Assembly (NCBI GenBank): GCA_020048435.1
Contig: JAIFMO010000131.1
Span: forward strand, 1 to 51,687
Length of the DNA: 51,687 bases
DNA from: Sulfuritalea sp.
GTDB taxonomy: Bacteria > Pseudomonadota > Gammaproteobacteria > Burkholderiales > Rhodocyclaceae
Direction of reading: 5' to 3'
Shown here: positions 35,031 to 44,638 of the stretch, in pieces
How the letters are laid out: every line of letters begins with the position of its first letter
How positions within the stretch are numbered: the first letter of the stretch is position 1
The notes under the pieces: generated by a model
Database searches by the model: none
What the model was told of the DNA's origin: nothing
The model's input: only the letters and a program-made list of their open reading frames with translations
Translations under genes and position numbers: made by a program

Positions 35031-36895
35031 TCATCACGCTCCAGCGCGGTTTCGGCAAGCGACAAGCGAACGCTGAACTGCGTACCTTGTCCGACGGCGC
35101 TGTCGACGCGGATCGTGCCGCCCATGCGCTCGACAAGGTTCTTGACGATGGTTAGGCCCAGCCCCGTTCCGGTGACGCCATCGGCACGCCGGCTGAAGAA
35201 GGGATCGAAAATACGGGCGAGGATATCGGGAGGAATACCTGTACCGGAATCGGCAATCTCGATCACGGCATGTCCCGTGTCAGCGAACAGGCGGGCAATG
35301 AGTGTGCCGCCAGTCGTCATGGCGTGATGGGCGTTTTGTATCAGGTTGAAGAAAATCATGCGGATGTCGGCTTCGTCGGTCAGCAGGCGCAGAGGCTGAT
35401 CGGGCACCTCAAGTCGCTGGGTGATGCCATGCGTTTGCGCATCGAACTCCAGCAGCTTCAGGGTATCGGCCAACGCCTCATTGATAACCACCAGTTGCAG
35501 GCTGCCAATCGGGGGGCGCGAAAGCAGCAGCAAACGCCGGGTGACGGCAATGCACTTGTCGATTTCCTGATCAATGAGTCCCATGTACTCGACGATTTGA
35601 TCCTGCTTGATGAGTCCGGCGTGCAATTCGCGCACCAGTCCCTGGACGCCGAGCCGCACCGAGCCGAGCGGATTGTGGATTTCATGGGCAATGCCCGCCG
35701 CCAACAATCCCAACTCGGACAGCCGTTGTTCATGTGAAATCTGGGATATCTGACCCAGGTCGCGCAATGATTCGACGATGTAGTGCTCACGTCCCTGTCC
35801 GTCGTCGAGTTCGACCAGTACGGCATGGATCTCCGCATGAAACACGCTACCATCGGGCCGCTTGAGGTAATGACTGGTTTTGAGGCTGTCGCCCACTACC
35901 TTCAATTTCACCAGCGGGCAGACCATCAGCGTCGACACGCAGGGTTCTGTGCGGCCATGGCTGTACTGGAAACAAGGCCGCTTGAGGATGGTCTGCGCTG
36001 ATTGGCCAACCTGCTGGCAGAAGGTATGGTTGGCTAACACGACCTGCATATCGGTAACGCGGATCAGGCGCACCCCGTCAGGAAGCCCGTCCAGCAGCGT
36101 CTGCAAAAACTGCTGCTGCGCCTCGGCTAGCGAGATTTGTGCGGACAGCCGCTGGGCCATGGAATTGAAGCTCTCGGCCGCGCGCCCGATCTCGTCGTTG
36201 GCGGCTGGCTGTGCCCGCACCGCCAGGTTCCCTGCGGCCAAGGCAAGGGTGGCCGCATCCAGCCCCGCCAGGGGCTGGATGACATGACGGCGCAACAGCA
36301 GCCACAGGGTTAGCAGAGTAAGGGCAATCACCGCCGTACCGGCTAACATGAGCAGGATCGCGCTGCGCATGGCGCTGTCACGTATCGGCGCCGCGTCATA
36401 GTCGATCACCAGCACGCCGTTGATCGGATTGTCGACCACAGAACCATGGCAGGACGTGCAGGCCGCGCGGTTGGGCACCGGGTTGATGGAACGCAGCACC
36501 TCGGCACCGCCTGCCTGCGTTTCGAAGCTGGTGACGGGTTTTCCGGGGGTTGTCTTCTGTGCGATCTCCGGCAGCTGTCGCCCCATCTTCTCGGGATCGG
36601 AAGCGAAACGTACCTCGCCGGCGGGTGAAAGAATAACCACGTCGCGTATGCCATTCAGGCCACCCAACTTGGCCACAATGTCGCGCAAACCCTCCACGTC
36701 GCGCTTGAGCATGGCATTTTCCCAAGTGACCTGAAGCATGCGGTTGAGCTGCATCGAAACCTCGGCCCGCTCATGGATCAATTGATCCCGGTACAGCCCG
36801 AGGAAGAGTATGCCAAGCACCAGCGAAGCCCCGCCCGCGACCAGCAGCACACCCCGCAGCAGGTGATGACTCAGGTAACGAACGTGGGTTTGCAT
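35027..36895 (-). CDS. Sensor histidine kinase with periplasmic heme-c motif, HAMP and Cys-rich PAS-like domain
   Basis: CTSCH between two TM helices; HAMP; AHEIHNPL; DSGTGI; GTGLGL. Confidence 0.92.
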   Translation of the reverse strand: MQTHVRYLSHHLLRGVLLVAGGASLVLGILFLGLYRDQLIHERAEVSMQLNRMLQVTWENAMLKRDVEGLRDIVAKLGGLNGIRDVVILSPAGEVRFASDPEKMGRQLPEIAQKTTPGKPVTSFETQAGGAEVLRSINPVPNRAACTSCHGSVVDNPINGVLVIDYDAAPIRDSAMRSAILLMLAGTAVIALTLLTLWLLLRRHVIQPLAGLDAATLALAAGNLAVRAQPAANDEIGRAAESFNSMAQRLSAQISLAEAQQQFLQTLLDGLPDGVRLIRVTDMQVVLANHTFCQQVGQSAQTILKRPCFQYSHGRTEPCVSTLMVCPLVKLKVVGDSLKTSHYLKRPDGSVFHAEIHAVLVELDDGQGREHYIVESLRDLGQISQISHEQRLSELGLLAAGIAHEIHNPLGSVRLGVQGLVRELHAGLIKQDQIVEYMGLIDQEIDKCIAVTRRLLLLSRPPIGSLQLVVINEALADTLKLLEFDAQTHGITQRLEVPDQPLRLLTDEADIRMIFFNLIQNAHHAMTTGGTLIARLFADTGHAVIEIADSGTGIPPDILARIFDPFFSRRADGVTGTGLGLTIVKNLVERMGGTIRVDSAVGQGTQFSVRLSLAETALERDE

Positions 36896-36925
36896 CCGGG
36901 GCGAACCTTCTTGATGGATGGTGGA

Positions 36926-37276
36926 TCAGAAACCCAATGCCTCGACCGTTGCCACCAGATCGGCGAAGCTGGCCGCTTCGAGCCTGGTGGCGAGTGACTC
37001 CTTTGCCTCCTTGTCCAGCCGCTGGTCGTCAAACACCGAAAACCGGACTTCGTCGGGCAGATCGCGGATATCCTCTGGCGACATGAAACCGATGCCGCAG
37101 ATCTGTACCAGGCAGTCCCGCTCAGCTTCGCTGAGTTCAAGGCCATGGTAGCGGAGAATTTCCAGGTAGCGTTCTGCCGTGCGATTGACCTTGCCGCTGA
37201 TTTCCATGGTGTTGGTCTCGCTCTCGGTGAGCAAGGCCAGCGGCGGACCAAAGAACAGGTGGGTTTTTCGATTCAC
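36926..37276 (-). CDS. Hypothetical cytoplasmic protein (~116 aa)
   Basis: Protein-like ORF filling the gap co-directionally; GTG start at 37276 assumed. Confidence 0.65.
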   Translation of the reverse strand: MNRKTHLFFGPPLALLTESETNTMEISGKVNRTAERYLEILRYHGLELSEAERDCLVQICGIGFMSPEDIRDLPDEVRFSVFDDQRLDKEAKESLATRLEAASFADLVATVEALGF

Positions 37277-37390
37277 ATTATCTGCCTGCGACCGGGATGG
37301 GAAGGGGAAGCTGGCCGGCGCAACGTACCGGCCATCGATGCCCTGCAAGATAGCACCATCCCTTGCTCCCCTGTGCCGGGAAGGACACAA

Positions 37391-38167
37391 TCAGTGCTTG
37401 GCTGCGCCGTGCTGCCGACGCTCATGATCGGCTGTCTTCATGCCTTTCGGCAATGCGGGGGCGTTCTCTGGCTGATGCTGGGCGATACCCCGGTTCCGTT
37501 CGCCGTGCTGGACATTGTGGGGATTGTGGCACTCGGTGCAGACAAACCAGCGCTTGGTACCCGTGCTGGCCCATTCGCCGATCCGTTTGCCGTGGATGCC
37601 TTCCCGCCAGTCCCGATAGACTTCGCCGTGGCATTTCCCGCACAGTAGCTGTGGCTGGTCAAAACTGATCGGGTTGTCGCGATGGTCAACCAGCTTGTTC
37701 CGCTTCGTGGAATGATGACAGTCAAGGCACCATATGCTGCCGCGGCCGTGCGGCAATTTCGTCGCATCCAGCACGATGGCCTGGTGCATCATCACCAGTT
37801 GGCGGGTATCCTTGTTTTGCGGGAATCCACTGGGCAGAACACCGGTATGGCAGGTGTTGCCACACAAGGGCAGCAGGCCAACCTTGTCCGTGCGCGGCTT
37901 GACCACGGCCTTGCCGCGGTTGTAGTCGGCATCGGCAACGGGCATGTCGCCCATGGGCACCGTGCCATCGAGGGGATCGCCCCACCACAATACGGCGCCG
38001 GTCTTGGGGGAACACTTCACGTTCGGCAGATTTTCCCCAATCATGCGCTGGGTGACTTCGGACGCGCCCTTGCGGCTTTCAAAACACTTGACTGGCTCGG
38101 CCCGGGCACTGGAGAGGCTGACGCACCAAAGCAGCAGAACTGCCGGTAGGAATGCATATTTCTTCAT
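37391..38167 (-). CDS. Periplasmic multiheme cytochrome c (3 CxxCH plus 1 CxxxCH)
   Basis: Signal peptide; CGNTCH, CLDCH, CGKCH, CTECH. Confidence 0.9.
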   Translation of the reverse strand: MKKYAFLPAVLLLWCVSLSSARAEPVKCFESRKGASEVTQRMIGENLPNVKCSPKTGAVLWWGDPLDGTVPMGDMPVADADYNRGKAVVKPRTDKVGLLPLCGNTCHTGVLPSGFPQNKDTRQLVMMHQAIVLDATKLPHGRGSIWCLDCHHSTKRNKLVDHRDNPISFDQPQLLCGKCHGEVYRDWREGIHGKRIGEWASTGTKRWFVCTECHNPHNVQHGERNRGIAQHQPENAPALPKGMKTADHERRQHGAAKH

Positions 38168-38177
38168 TACATCTCCT

Positions 38178-39461
38178 TTACGTCAGTTCGGGTGCGATCG
38201 ACACTTCGGCATTGCCGGAAATGGTCTTATCTTGTGCCGTTGCGGCATAGGCGATTTCACCCAGCAGGATGCCGATCGCGCCCTTCAGCAACACCGTGAG
38301 CACAAGAAAGCCGACAGCCCAGTTTCCGAGCGTGACGAAAATCTCCAGGGTGGAGGGGAAGTACTGGGTGAACTCGCCAATCGGCGTCGGGATGAAGCCG
38401 GGGACCAGCAGGCCCATGCCCTTCTCGATCCAGATGCCGCAGAAGGCCAGGATGCAGGCGATCGCCAGCAGGCGATAGTTGGTGCGCCAATATGGCGTCA
38501 GCAGGATCGCAAACGCCACGATCATGGCTGCCAGCGAACCCCAGAACCAGGGCACCAGGTCATTGAAGCCGTGCATGCCGAACATAAGGTATTGCAGCCC
38601 CATGGCATGTTCGGTATTGGCATACAGATCGGTAACCACTTCAGACAGGGTCAGGAAAAGCGCCAGACCAAGGCAATAGGTGATGATCGTCGCCAACAGG
38701 TCGATGGCGGAATTCTCGATCCAGAGTCGGGTCCGCGCACGCACGATCAGAAAAATCAGGACGATCAGCGATGGTCCTGCCGCAAAGGCCGTCGAGATAA
38801 AACGGATCGGCATCATGCTGTGGTGCCACATCGGGCGCGACGGCATGGTGTTGAGGAGGAACGCGGTCACCGTATGGATACTCAGCGCCCAGACGATGGA
38901 AACGTAGATCAAAGGCAGGTAAAACTTGTCGTTCAACGGTTGGCCCGTGTACTTCTTGTAAAGGTAGTAAAAGCCGCCGATGAAATTGAGGAACAAATAG
39001 CCGATCAGCACCAAGGTATCCCAAGCCAACATTGAATTTGGAATGTTGTAGATGCCGATGATGGGTAGCATGTGCCAGAGACGGTCGGGCCGTCCCATGT
39101 GGGATACGATGAACAGCATGCACATCAGTACCGCTGAAATTGCCAGCATTTCGCCCAGTACTGCCACCGAATGGAGCGCTTTGTGGTGGTAAACATAGGC
39201 AGGGAAAACGATGGTTACCGCCCCGGCGGCAATTCCGACCAAGAAAACGAAGTTGGCCAGGTACAGTCCGTCATGTACCTGATCGGTCAGGCCGGTGTAA
39301 CGCAAGCCGTCGGCTGCATGCAGGTAAGTGCCGTACAGCAAGCCCAGGATAAGCGCACACAGGAGAGCGATCCAGGCATAGAACGCCGGGCTGCCTTTCA
39401 CCACATAGGTCACGTAATCGACGGCGAATCTCTTCAGCTTGTCCATGATGTCGCGTCTCAA
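38178..39461 (-). CDS. NrfD/PsrC/DsrP-family quinol-oxidising membrane protein
   Basis: GLYLANFVFLVGIAAG, HMGRPDRLWH, WALSIHTVTAFL, WIEKGMGLLVPGF. Confidence 0.9.
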   Translation of the reverse strand: MRRDIMDKLKRFAVDYVTYVVKGSPAFYAWIALLCALILGLLYGTYLHAADGLRYTGLTDQVHDGLYLANFVFLVGIAAGAVTIVFPAYVYHHKALHSVAVLGEMLAISAVLMCMLFIVSHMGRPDRLWHMLPIIGIYNIPNSMLAWDTLVLIGYLFLNFIGGFYYLYKKYTGQPLNDKFYLPLIYVSIVWALSIHTVTAFLLNTMPSRPMWHHSMMPIRFISTAFAAGPSLIVLIFLIVRARTRLWIENSAIDLLATIITYCLGLALFLTLSEVVTDLYANTEHAMGLQYLMFGMHGFNDLVPWFWGSLAAMIVAFAILLTPYWRTNYRLLAIACILAFCGIWIEKGMGLLVPGFIPTPIGEFTQYFPSTLEIFVTLGNWAVGFLVLTVLLKGAIGILLGEIAYAATAQDKTISGNAEVSIAPELT

Positions 39462-40543
39462 TCCATGAAATAGAAGAATTTCGGGTAGGTGTTGAGTTCC
39501 GCCTTCAGGCGAAACACTTGCTTACGTTCGATGATCCGGCTGACTTCGCTGTTGGGATCAAGCAGGTTGCCGAACTTGCGGGCGCCGACCGGACAGACCT
39601 CGACGCAGGCCGGGTAGCGCCCCTTGCGGGTGCGCTGGATGCAGAATGTGCACTTCTCCACCACACCCTTCATGCGTGGACGATTGCCGAGATAGTGCGT
39701 CACAGGGTTCATGGCTTCCTTGGGAAGTTTAGGGTCGCTCCAGTTGAAGCGCCGTGCCCAGTACGGACACGCCGACATACACATGCGGCAACCGATGCAC
39801 CAGTTGTAGTCGATGACGACCGGCCCATCCGCTTCGCGGTAGGTAGTACGTACCGGGCAGACTTTGACGCAGGGTGGCTTTTCACACTGCATGCAGGCAA
39901 TTGGCATGTAGACAGAACCCTTCTCCGGCACCGCCTCGGGCTGGTAATAGTGCTCGCCTTCAAGGACCACCCCTGCCGGGGAGTAGGCATTGCCGCCGAC
40001 CTGTATCCCCAGTCCTTCGGGATAGCCCTGGTTCATCTTTTCCTTGCTGAATTCACCCTTCTCCATCTTGAGGACGCGAATCCACTCGATCTCCTGGTCC
40101 TTGCCCCGCGACTGGTTGTTCTCCTCCACGCAGGCCTTCGCGCAGCGGCGGCATCCGATACATTTCTTGATGTTCAGGGCATAGCCCATCAGCACGCCTT
40201 CCTGTGCCGGCGTGCCATCGACTGTCACGGCCTTGCCGTACTCGCGGGAATACCGGCGCTCGAGCCGCGCCCGTGCGAGGGCCTTCTCCTCATCGCTCAT
40301 CAGACGATAGTTGCCCTGAAACCATTCGGCCCAATCCATGTTCGCTCGCGCATCATCTGACATGGTCATCAATGCCGCTGTGCCGAGCAAGGAGTTGACG
40401 CTCAACATACCGGCACTCTTCAGGAAATTTCGACGGGAACTCACGTTATCGGCCGGGGCAGCTCCCGGTGCCTGTCCCGAACAGGCACATCCCTCCGCCG
40501 GGGATTGCTGGTTACAAATTTTCTCTTTGTTCGTCACGTGCAT
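39458..40543 (-). CDS. Tat-exported 4Fe-4S ferredoxin subunit (NrfC/DsrO-like)
   Basis: SRRNFLK; CIGCRRCAKAC, CMQCEKPPCVKVCP, CIGCRMCMSACP, CTFC..PACVEVCP. Confidence 0.9.
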   Translation of the reverse strand: MHVTNKEKICNQQSPAEGCACSGQAPGAAPADNVSSRRNFLKSAGMLSVNSLLGTAALMTMSDDARANMDWAEWFQGNYRLMSDEEKALARARLERRYSREYGKAVTVDGTPAQEGVLMGYALNIKKCIGCRRCAKACVEENNQSRGKDQEIEWIRVLKMEKGEFSKEKMNQGYPEGLGIQVGGNAYSPAGVVLEGEHYYQPEAVPEKGSVYMPIACMQCEKPPCVKVCPVRTTYREADGPVVIDYNWCIGCRMCMSACPYWARRFNWSDPKLPKEAMNPVTHYLGNRPRMKGVVEKCTFCIQRTRKGRYPACVEVCPVGARKFGNLLDPNSEVSRIIERKQVFRLKAELNTYPKFFYFMD

Positions 40544-40624
40544 TCTCCGTGCCTGACCGTAAGCGGTCTCATTTGGATTTGTTTGATGATTGAACCTGGC
40601 TCATGAGGATGTGGCTGAAAATAC

Positions 40625-41401
40625 CTACCAGCTGGGTCCGCCGATACCTGGCATGAAACGAATGGGCTCCGATTTCACCTCATCAAGGTGGTGCGAACGC
40701 AAGGTCGCTTCAATCTCGTCTTTGCTTGGCCGCGGCTCGCCCAGGTGCAATGCGATCAGATCGCGCAACTGCCCGCACCAAGCATCGGTCAGCAAGACCA
40801 GGGCGGCGTAAAACCCACTGTCGCACCGCATAGAAACCCGGCTGGCGAAATCCGGCAACCAGCGCAACAAGTGGTGATCGAGCAGCATTGCCAGCGATAG
40901 CCAATTGTCGCGAGCAGTAATGGCATTGTCGGCCGCCTTTCCGATGGCGATCCGCTCCAACCGCCAGGCCAGAAACTGCAGCTGGTACACAAGATGGTCG
41001 TCCGGCCGTATCCGCCAGTCGGGAATAGTCAGGCCGTTTGCAGCATACAGCCCACGCATATCGAACATGGCTTCTTGACAGACGAGATGATCATCGGATA
41101 GCCAGAACGATTCGGACGGTGAGACATCGAGCGCGCCAGTCAGATAGATGGCGGCGAAATCGGCTGCCAGATCATCCATGAACGCCGTATCCGGGGCATC
41201 CGGGAGTGCCGCGACGACCTGCCGCATCGCCGCGACGACCTGGCGCGGCCTCTCCCCTCCTGGCACCATGCCGAGATTCCCTGGGAACCCAATGAGTTTC
41301 AGCTCAGCCAGCAGGGCCGGCGTCAACTCCCGATCCTGCAGCAGCGCCAAAGTAGCCACATCCTCCGACCATGCCAGCGTTGCTTCCGCACTCGGCATCA
41401 T
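40625..41401 (-). CDS. TorD/DmsD-family molybdoenzyme maturation chaperone
   Basis: SPSESFW, PDDHLVYQLQF, DHHLLRWLPDF; position after the catalytic and Fe-S subunits. Confidence 0.88.
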   Translation of the reverse strand: MMPSAEATLAWSEDVATLALLQDRELTPALLAELKLIGFPGNLGMVPGGERPRQVVAAMRQVVAALPDAPDTAFMDDLAADFAAIYLTGALDVSPSESFWLSDDHLVCQEAMFDMRGLYAANGLTIPDWRIRPDDHLVYQLQFLAWRLERIAIGKAADNAITARDNWLSLAMLLDHHLLRWLPDFASRVSMRCDSGFYAALVLLTDAWCGQLRDLIALHLGEPRPSKDEIEATLRSHHLDEVKSEPIRFMPGIGGPSW

Positions 41402-42063
41402 TTGACCTTGCCCTTGCGATGCGGCACAAAAGCAATCGACGGCTTGGTTAGCTCGGGATTGGCCATGTTTTTCACTTGGCGCACGGTTTCGTCATGCGGT
41501 CCGATAGCCGTGGTCTTGAAGCTGCCGTCCCACAGCTTGTCGATGGGCCCGATGTCGAGGACGCGCATCATGCAGGCCATCACGCAATACGGCTTGCGAC
41601 CCGCATCGATTTCATCCACGCACAGATTGCACTTCTGAATGATCTGTTCCTTCGGATTCCACTGGGGAGCGCCATAGGGACACGCCGCCTCGCATCGGCG
41701 GCAACCGATGCATAGGGTGGAATCGATATCGACGATGCCGTCCTTTGTTCGCTTCCAGATGGCGCCGGTCGGACAGGTGGGCAGGCAGGCCGGTTCGGCG
41801 CAGTGATTGCAGGACATGTTGACCTTGTAGGCAAACACCTCCGGATAGGTTCCTCCCTCGATGTACATCACGCGCCGGAAACGCGGTCCGGGAGGCAGGC
41901 CGTTCTTGTCCTTGCAGGCAATCTCGCAGGCGCGGCAGCCGATGCAATCTACGTTGTTATGCACAAAACCGAACTGCATGGCCGGCTTGACCGGTTCGTA
42001 GGTCTGGGCCACCTTGCGTTCCAGGGCAACCTTGACTTTCTTCATGTCGAGCTTATTGGTCAT
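41398..42063 (-). CDS. DmsB-like 4Fe-4S subunit
   Basis: CIGCRACEIACK, SCNHCAEPAC..CP, CIGCRRCEAACPYGAP, KCNLC..KPYCV.AC; RBS AAGGAGG. Confidence 0.92.
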   Translation of the reverse strand: MTNKLDMKKVKVALERKVAQTYEPVKPAMQFGFVHNNVDCIGCRACEIACKDKNGLPPGPRFRRVMYIEGGTYPEVFAYKVNMSCNHCAEPACLPTCPTGAIWKRTKDGIVDIDSTLCIGCRRCEAACPYGAPQWNPKEQIIQKCNLCVDEIDAGRKPYCVMACMMRVLDIGPIDKLWDGSFKTTAIGPHDETVRQVKNMANPELTKPSIAFVPHRKGKVK

Positions 42064-42073
42064 GGTCGCCTCC

Positions 42074-44638
42074 TTACGCATCCCGCCGGAAGATGAAGGA
42101 GCGAGATGTCGCCTGGCTGTCCCAGCCCGGGCGATGGGTAAGTGTTGTCTTCTTCAGGTTAACCAGAATGGTGTTGTAGGCAAAGGCACCCGCCGGGCTG
42201 GGCTCGTCCTTGGTCAGGAAATCCGGATTGCCGGAGCGGTCGATACCCTGCTTATCGAGATCCATCCAGGAGCCTTCGTAGACGACGACTACGCCGGGCA
42301 TGCACCGCTCGGTGACGTAGACCGGCACCACAATCTTGCCGCGCGCATTCCATACTTCGACCGTATCGCCGGTCACCACACCCAGGCGCCGTGCATCGCT
42401 GGCATTGATGGTGATCTCCTGCTGGAAGGTCTCTCGCAACCAGGGAATGTTGTGAAAGATCGAATGCGTACGGTGCCTTGGATGTGGCGTAATCATGTGG
42501 AACGGATATTCCTTGACCTTGGGATGCCCCATCCATTCGAATGGCTCGATCCATTTCGGGATGGCTGGAATCGGGTAGCCCCACTGGGTCTTGGTCCAGT
42601 CAGTAACCTTGGCCAATGTGGTCGAAAAAATCTCTATCCGCCCCGACGATGTCTCGAACGGCGCTCCTTTTTCAATCTGCTCGCGGAAGGCGACATGCGG
42701 CTTGTCGAAGGTGAATTTGTAAACGCCGCGCCGCTTGAATTCATCCCAGGACATGGTGACGCCCTGATGGTGCTGCACCTTCTTCCACCACTCGACCAGA
42801 TAGGCCTCATCGACCGCATCGGGATTTTTGAAATAACCGCGGTCGGCGCGCGGGTTGTAGCGTTTGCCGAAGTTCTTCACGCTTGGATCGAGCTTTTCCA
42901 GGCGATAGGCCAACTCCGTATAGACCTGGAAGTCGGTCCTGGATTCGCCCATCGGTTCGATGACCTTGGGCCGGTGAATGTAGTAATGCCCCTTGTACCA
43001 GGGTAGGCCAACATCGTGGCGCTCAAAGTGAGTGGCAATGGGGAGCAGCACGTCCGCCCACAATCCCGACGGCGTGATGGTCGAATCGGAACAGACCACC
43101 AGCTCCAGCTTCTTGATGGCCTCGATTTCCTTGTTGATGTTGGTGAGCTGGTTGAACCAGTCCGAACCGTGCCAGAAGATGGCCTTGATGTTGGGAATCT
43201 TGCCATCGAGATCATCATCGCGCGGCCAGCAGCCGACCTCCTCGCGCTTGACGTTCGGATAGTTCAGCACGCAGTGCGCCCAGCGGTCGGACTTGATTGA
43301 TGCCCACCAGAGGTTGGCATTTTCGTCGTGGGGATAGGCGGTTGATTCGGCGTGCCAGCCCTTGCCCACGCCCTCGGCGCAGCCACCGAGGATGCCGATG
43401 TTGCCGGTCATCGCCTGCACCGCGGCAGCCATGCGGTTGTACTGCTCGCCGTAGGCATTGCGTCCCGGCCCCCAGGAGGCTTTCAGTGCCGCCGGCTTGG
43501 TACGGGCATACATGTCCGCCAGCTTCCTGATGTCGGCTGCCGGCACGCCACAGATTTTCTCCGCCCATTCCGGCGTCTTGGGTGTCTTGTCCCTGACACC
43601 GAGGATGTAGTCCTTGAAACTTTCCTGTCCTTTTGCCCATTCCGGCATGGTGCCAGTGTCCATGCCCTGGACGAACTTGTCGATGAAGGGCTGATCTTGA
43701 AGATTGTTCTGGAAGATGTAATGCGCCATGCCGGCCAGCATTGCTGCATCGGTATTCGGCTTGATTGGTATCCACCAGGCATCGTAGGCGGCGGCGGAAT
43801 CGGTAAATTGTGGATCGACGACGACGAACTTGCAGCCCTTCTGCTTGGCCATCCGCATGTAGTAGAAGGTATTGCCGCCATGGAAGGTATAGGCGGGATT
43901 CCAGCCCCACATGATGATCAGTTTGCTGTGGGCGAAGGCATCGTCTTCGTTGCCATCCTGAATGGTGCCGAAGGTCATGTTGGACGAGAAGGTCGTGCCC
44001 TGGTAGCTGGGCACGGACCACGAATTGGTGCGGCAACCGAACATACCGAGAAAGCGCGCCAGCAGCCCTTCGATCTGGTCGGATTTGTGCAGCACGCCGT
44101 AGGAACTGCCGGCGTAGGCCTGATCGAGGATGGCGGTTGGACCGTACTGGGTCTTGAGTTCGACCATCTTCTTCGCGATGTGATCCAGCGCCTCGTCCCA
44201 GGAAACGCGCTTGAACTTGCCCTCGCCGCGCTCGCCGACGCGCATCATCGGATAAAGCAGTCGCTCGGGGGAATAGAGGCGCGACCGATATGAACGACCG
44301 CGCAGGCAGGCCCGCAGTTGCGGTTCGGCAACGGTGTCCTTGCCAAATTCCCCGCCGGCCTGGTAACGGCCATCGTCGGAGGACAGGCGCACGATGACGT
44401 TGCCCCGCTTGTGCGCCACCAGCATGTGGCGCGAGCCGCAGTTGTGATCGCAGGAAGTGACGACGGTCGTCAGTTGGTCATCCCGGTAATACGGTTCATA
44501 CGGGAACGCCTGGGCCTCCTTTTGCCCCAGCGCTATCTCGAACAAGCCGCTGGAGGATGCCAGTGCGGTCGCTGCCGCGGTGGTTTTCAGGAAGCTGCGG
44601 CGTGCCGGATTGAGAATCGAGATATCGGGCTTCTTCAT
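42074..44638 (-). CDS. Tat-exported molybdopterin oxidoreductase, DMSO reductase DmsA/YnfE-like catalytic subunit
   Basis: ARRSFLK; CDHNCGSRH; LRACLRGRS; RVGERGEGKFKRVSWDEA; WADVLLP; RTHS. Confidence 0.93.
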   Translation of the reverse strand: MKKPDISILNPARRSFLKTTAAATALASSSGLFEIALGQKEAQAFPYEPYYRDDQLTTVVTSCDHNCGSRHMLVAHKRGNVIVRLSSDDGRYQAGGEFGKDTVAEPQLRACLRGRSYRSRLYSPERLLYPMMRVGERGEGKFKRVSWDEALDHIAKKMVELKTQYGPTAILDQAYAGSSYGVLHKSDQIEGLLARFLGMFGCRTNSWSVPSYQGTTFSSNMTFGTIQDGNEDDAFAHSKLIIMWGWNPAYTFHGGNTFYYMRMAKQKGCKFVVVDPQFTDSAAAYDAWWIPIKPNTDAAMLAGMAHYIFQNNLQDQPFIDKFVQGMDTGTMPEWAKGQESFKDYILGVRDKTPKTPEWAEKICGVPAADIRKLADMYARTKPAALKASWGPGRNAYGEQYNRMAAAVQAMTGNIGILGGCAEGVGKGWHAESTAYPHDENANLWWASIKSDRWAHCVLNYPNVKREEVGCWPRDDDLDGKIPNIKAIFWHGSDWFNQLTNINKEIEAIKKLELVVCSDSTITPSGLWADVLLPIATHFERHDVGLPWYKGHYYIHRPKVIEPMGESRTDFQVYTELAYRLEKLDPSVKNFGKRYNPRADRGYFKNPDAVDEAYLVEWWKKVQHHQGVTMSWDEFKRRGVYKFTFDKPHVAFREQIEKGAPFETSSGRIEIFSTTLAKVTDWTKTQWGYPIPAIPKWIEPFEWMGHPKVKEYPFHMITPHPRHRTHSIFHNIPWLRETFQQEITINASDARRLGVVTGDTVEVWNARGKIVVPVYVTERCMPGVVVVYEGSWMDLDKQGIDRSGNPDFLTKDEPSPAGAFAYNTILVNLKKTTLTHRPGWDSQATSRSFIFRRDA

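Noticed and set aside
42074-44638. Assignment as perchlorate, nitrate, selenate, arsenate or tetrathionate reductase
   Set aside because: The N-terminal motif and overall pattern match the DmsA/YnfE clade rather than NarG/PcrA or Psr/Arr; the substrate cannot be fixed from sequence.
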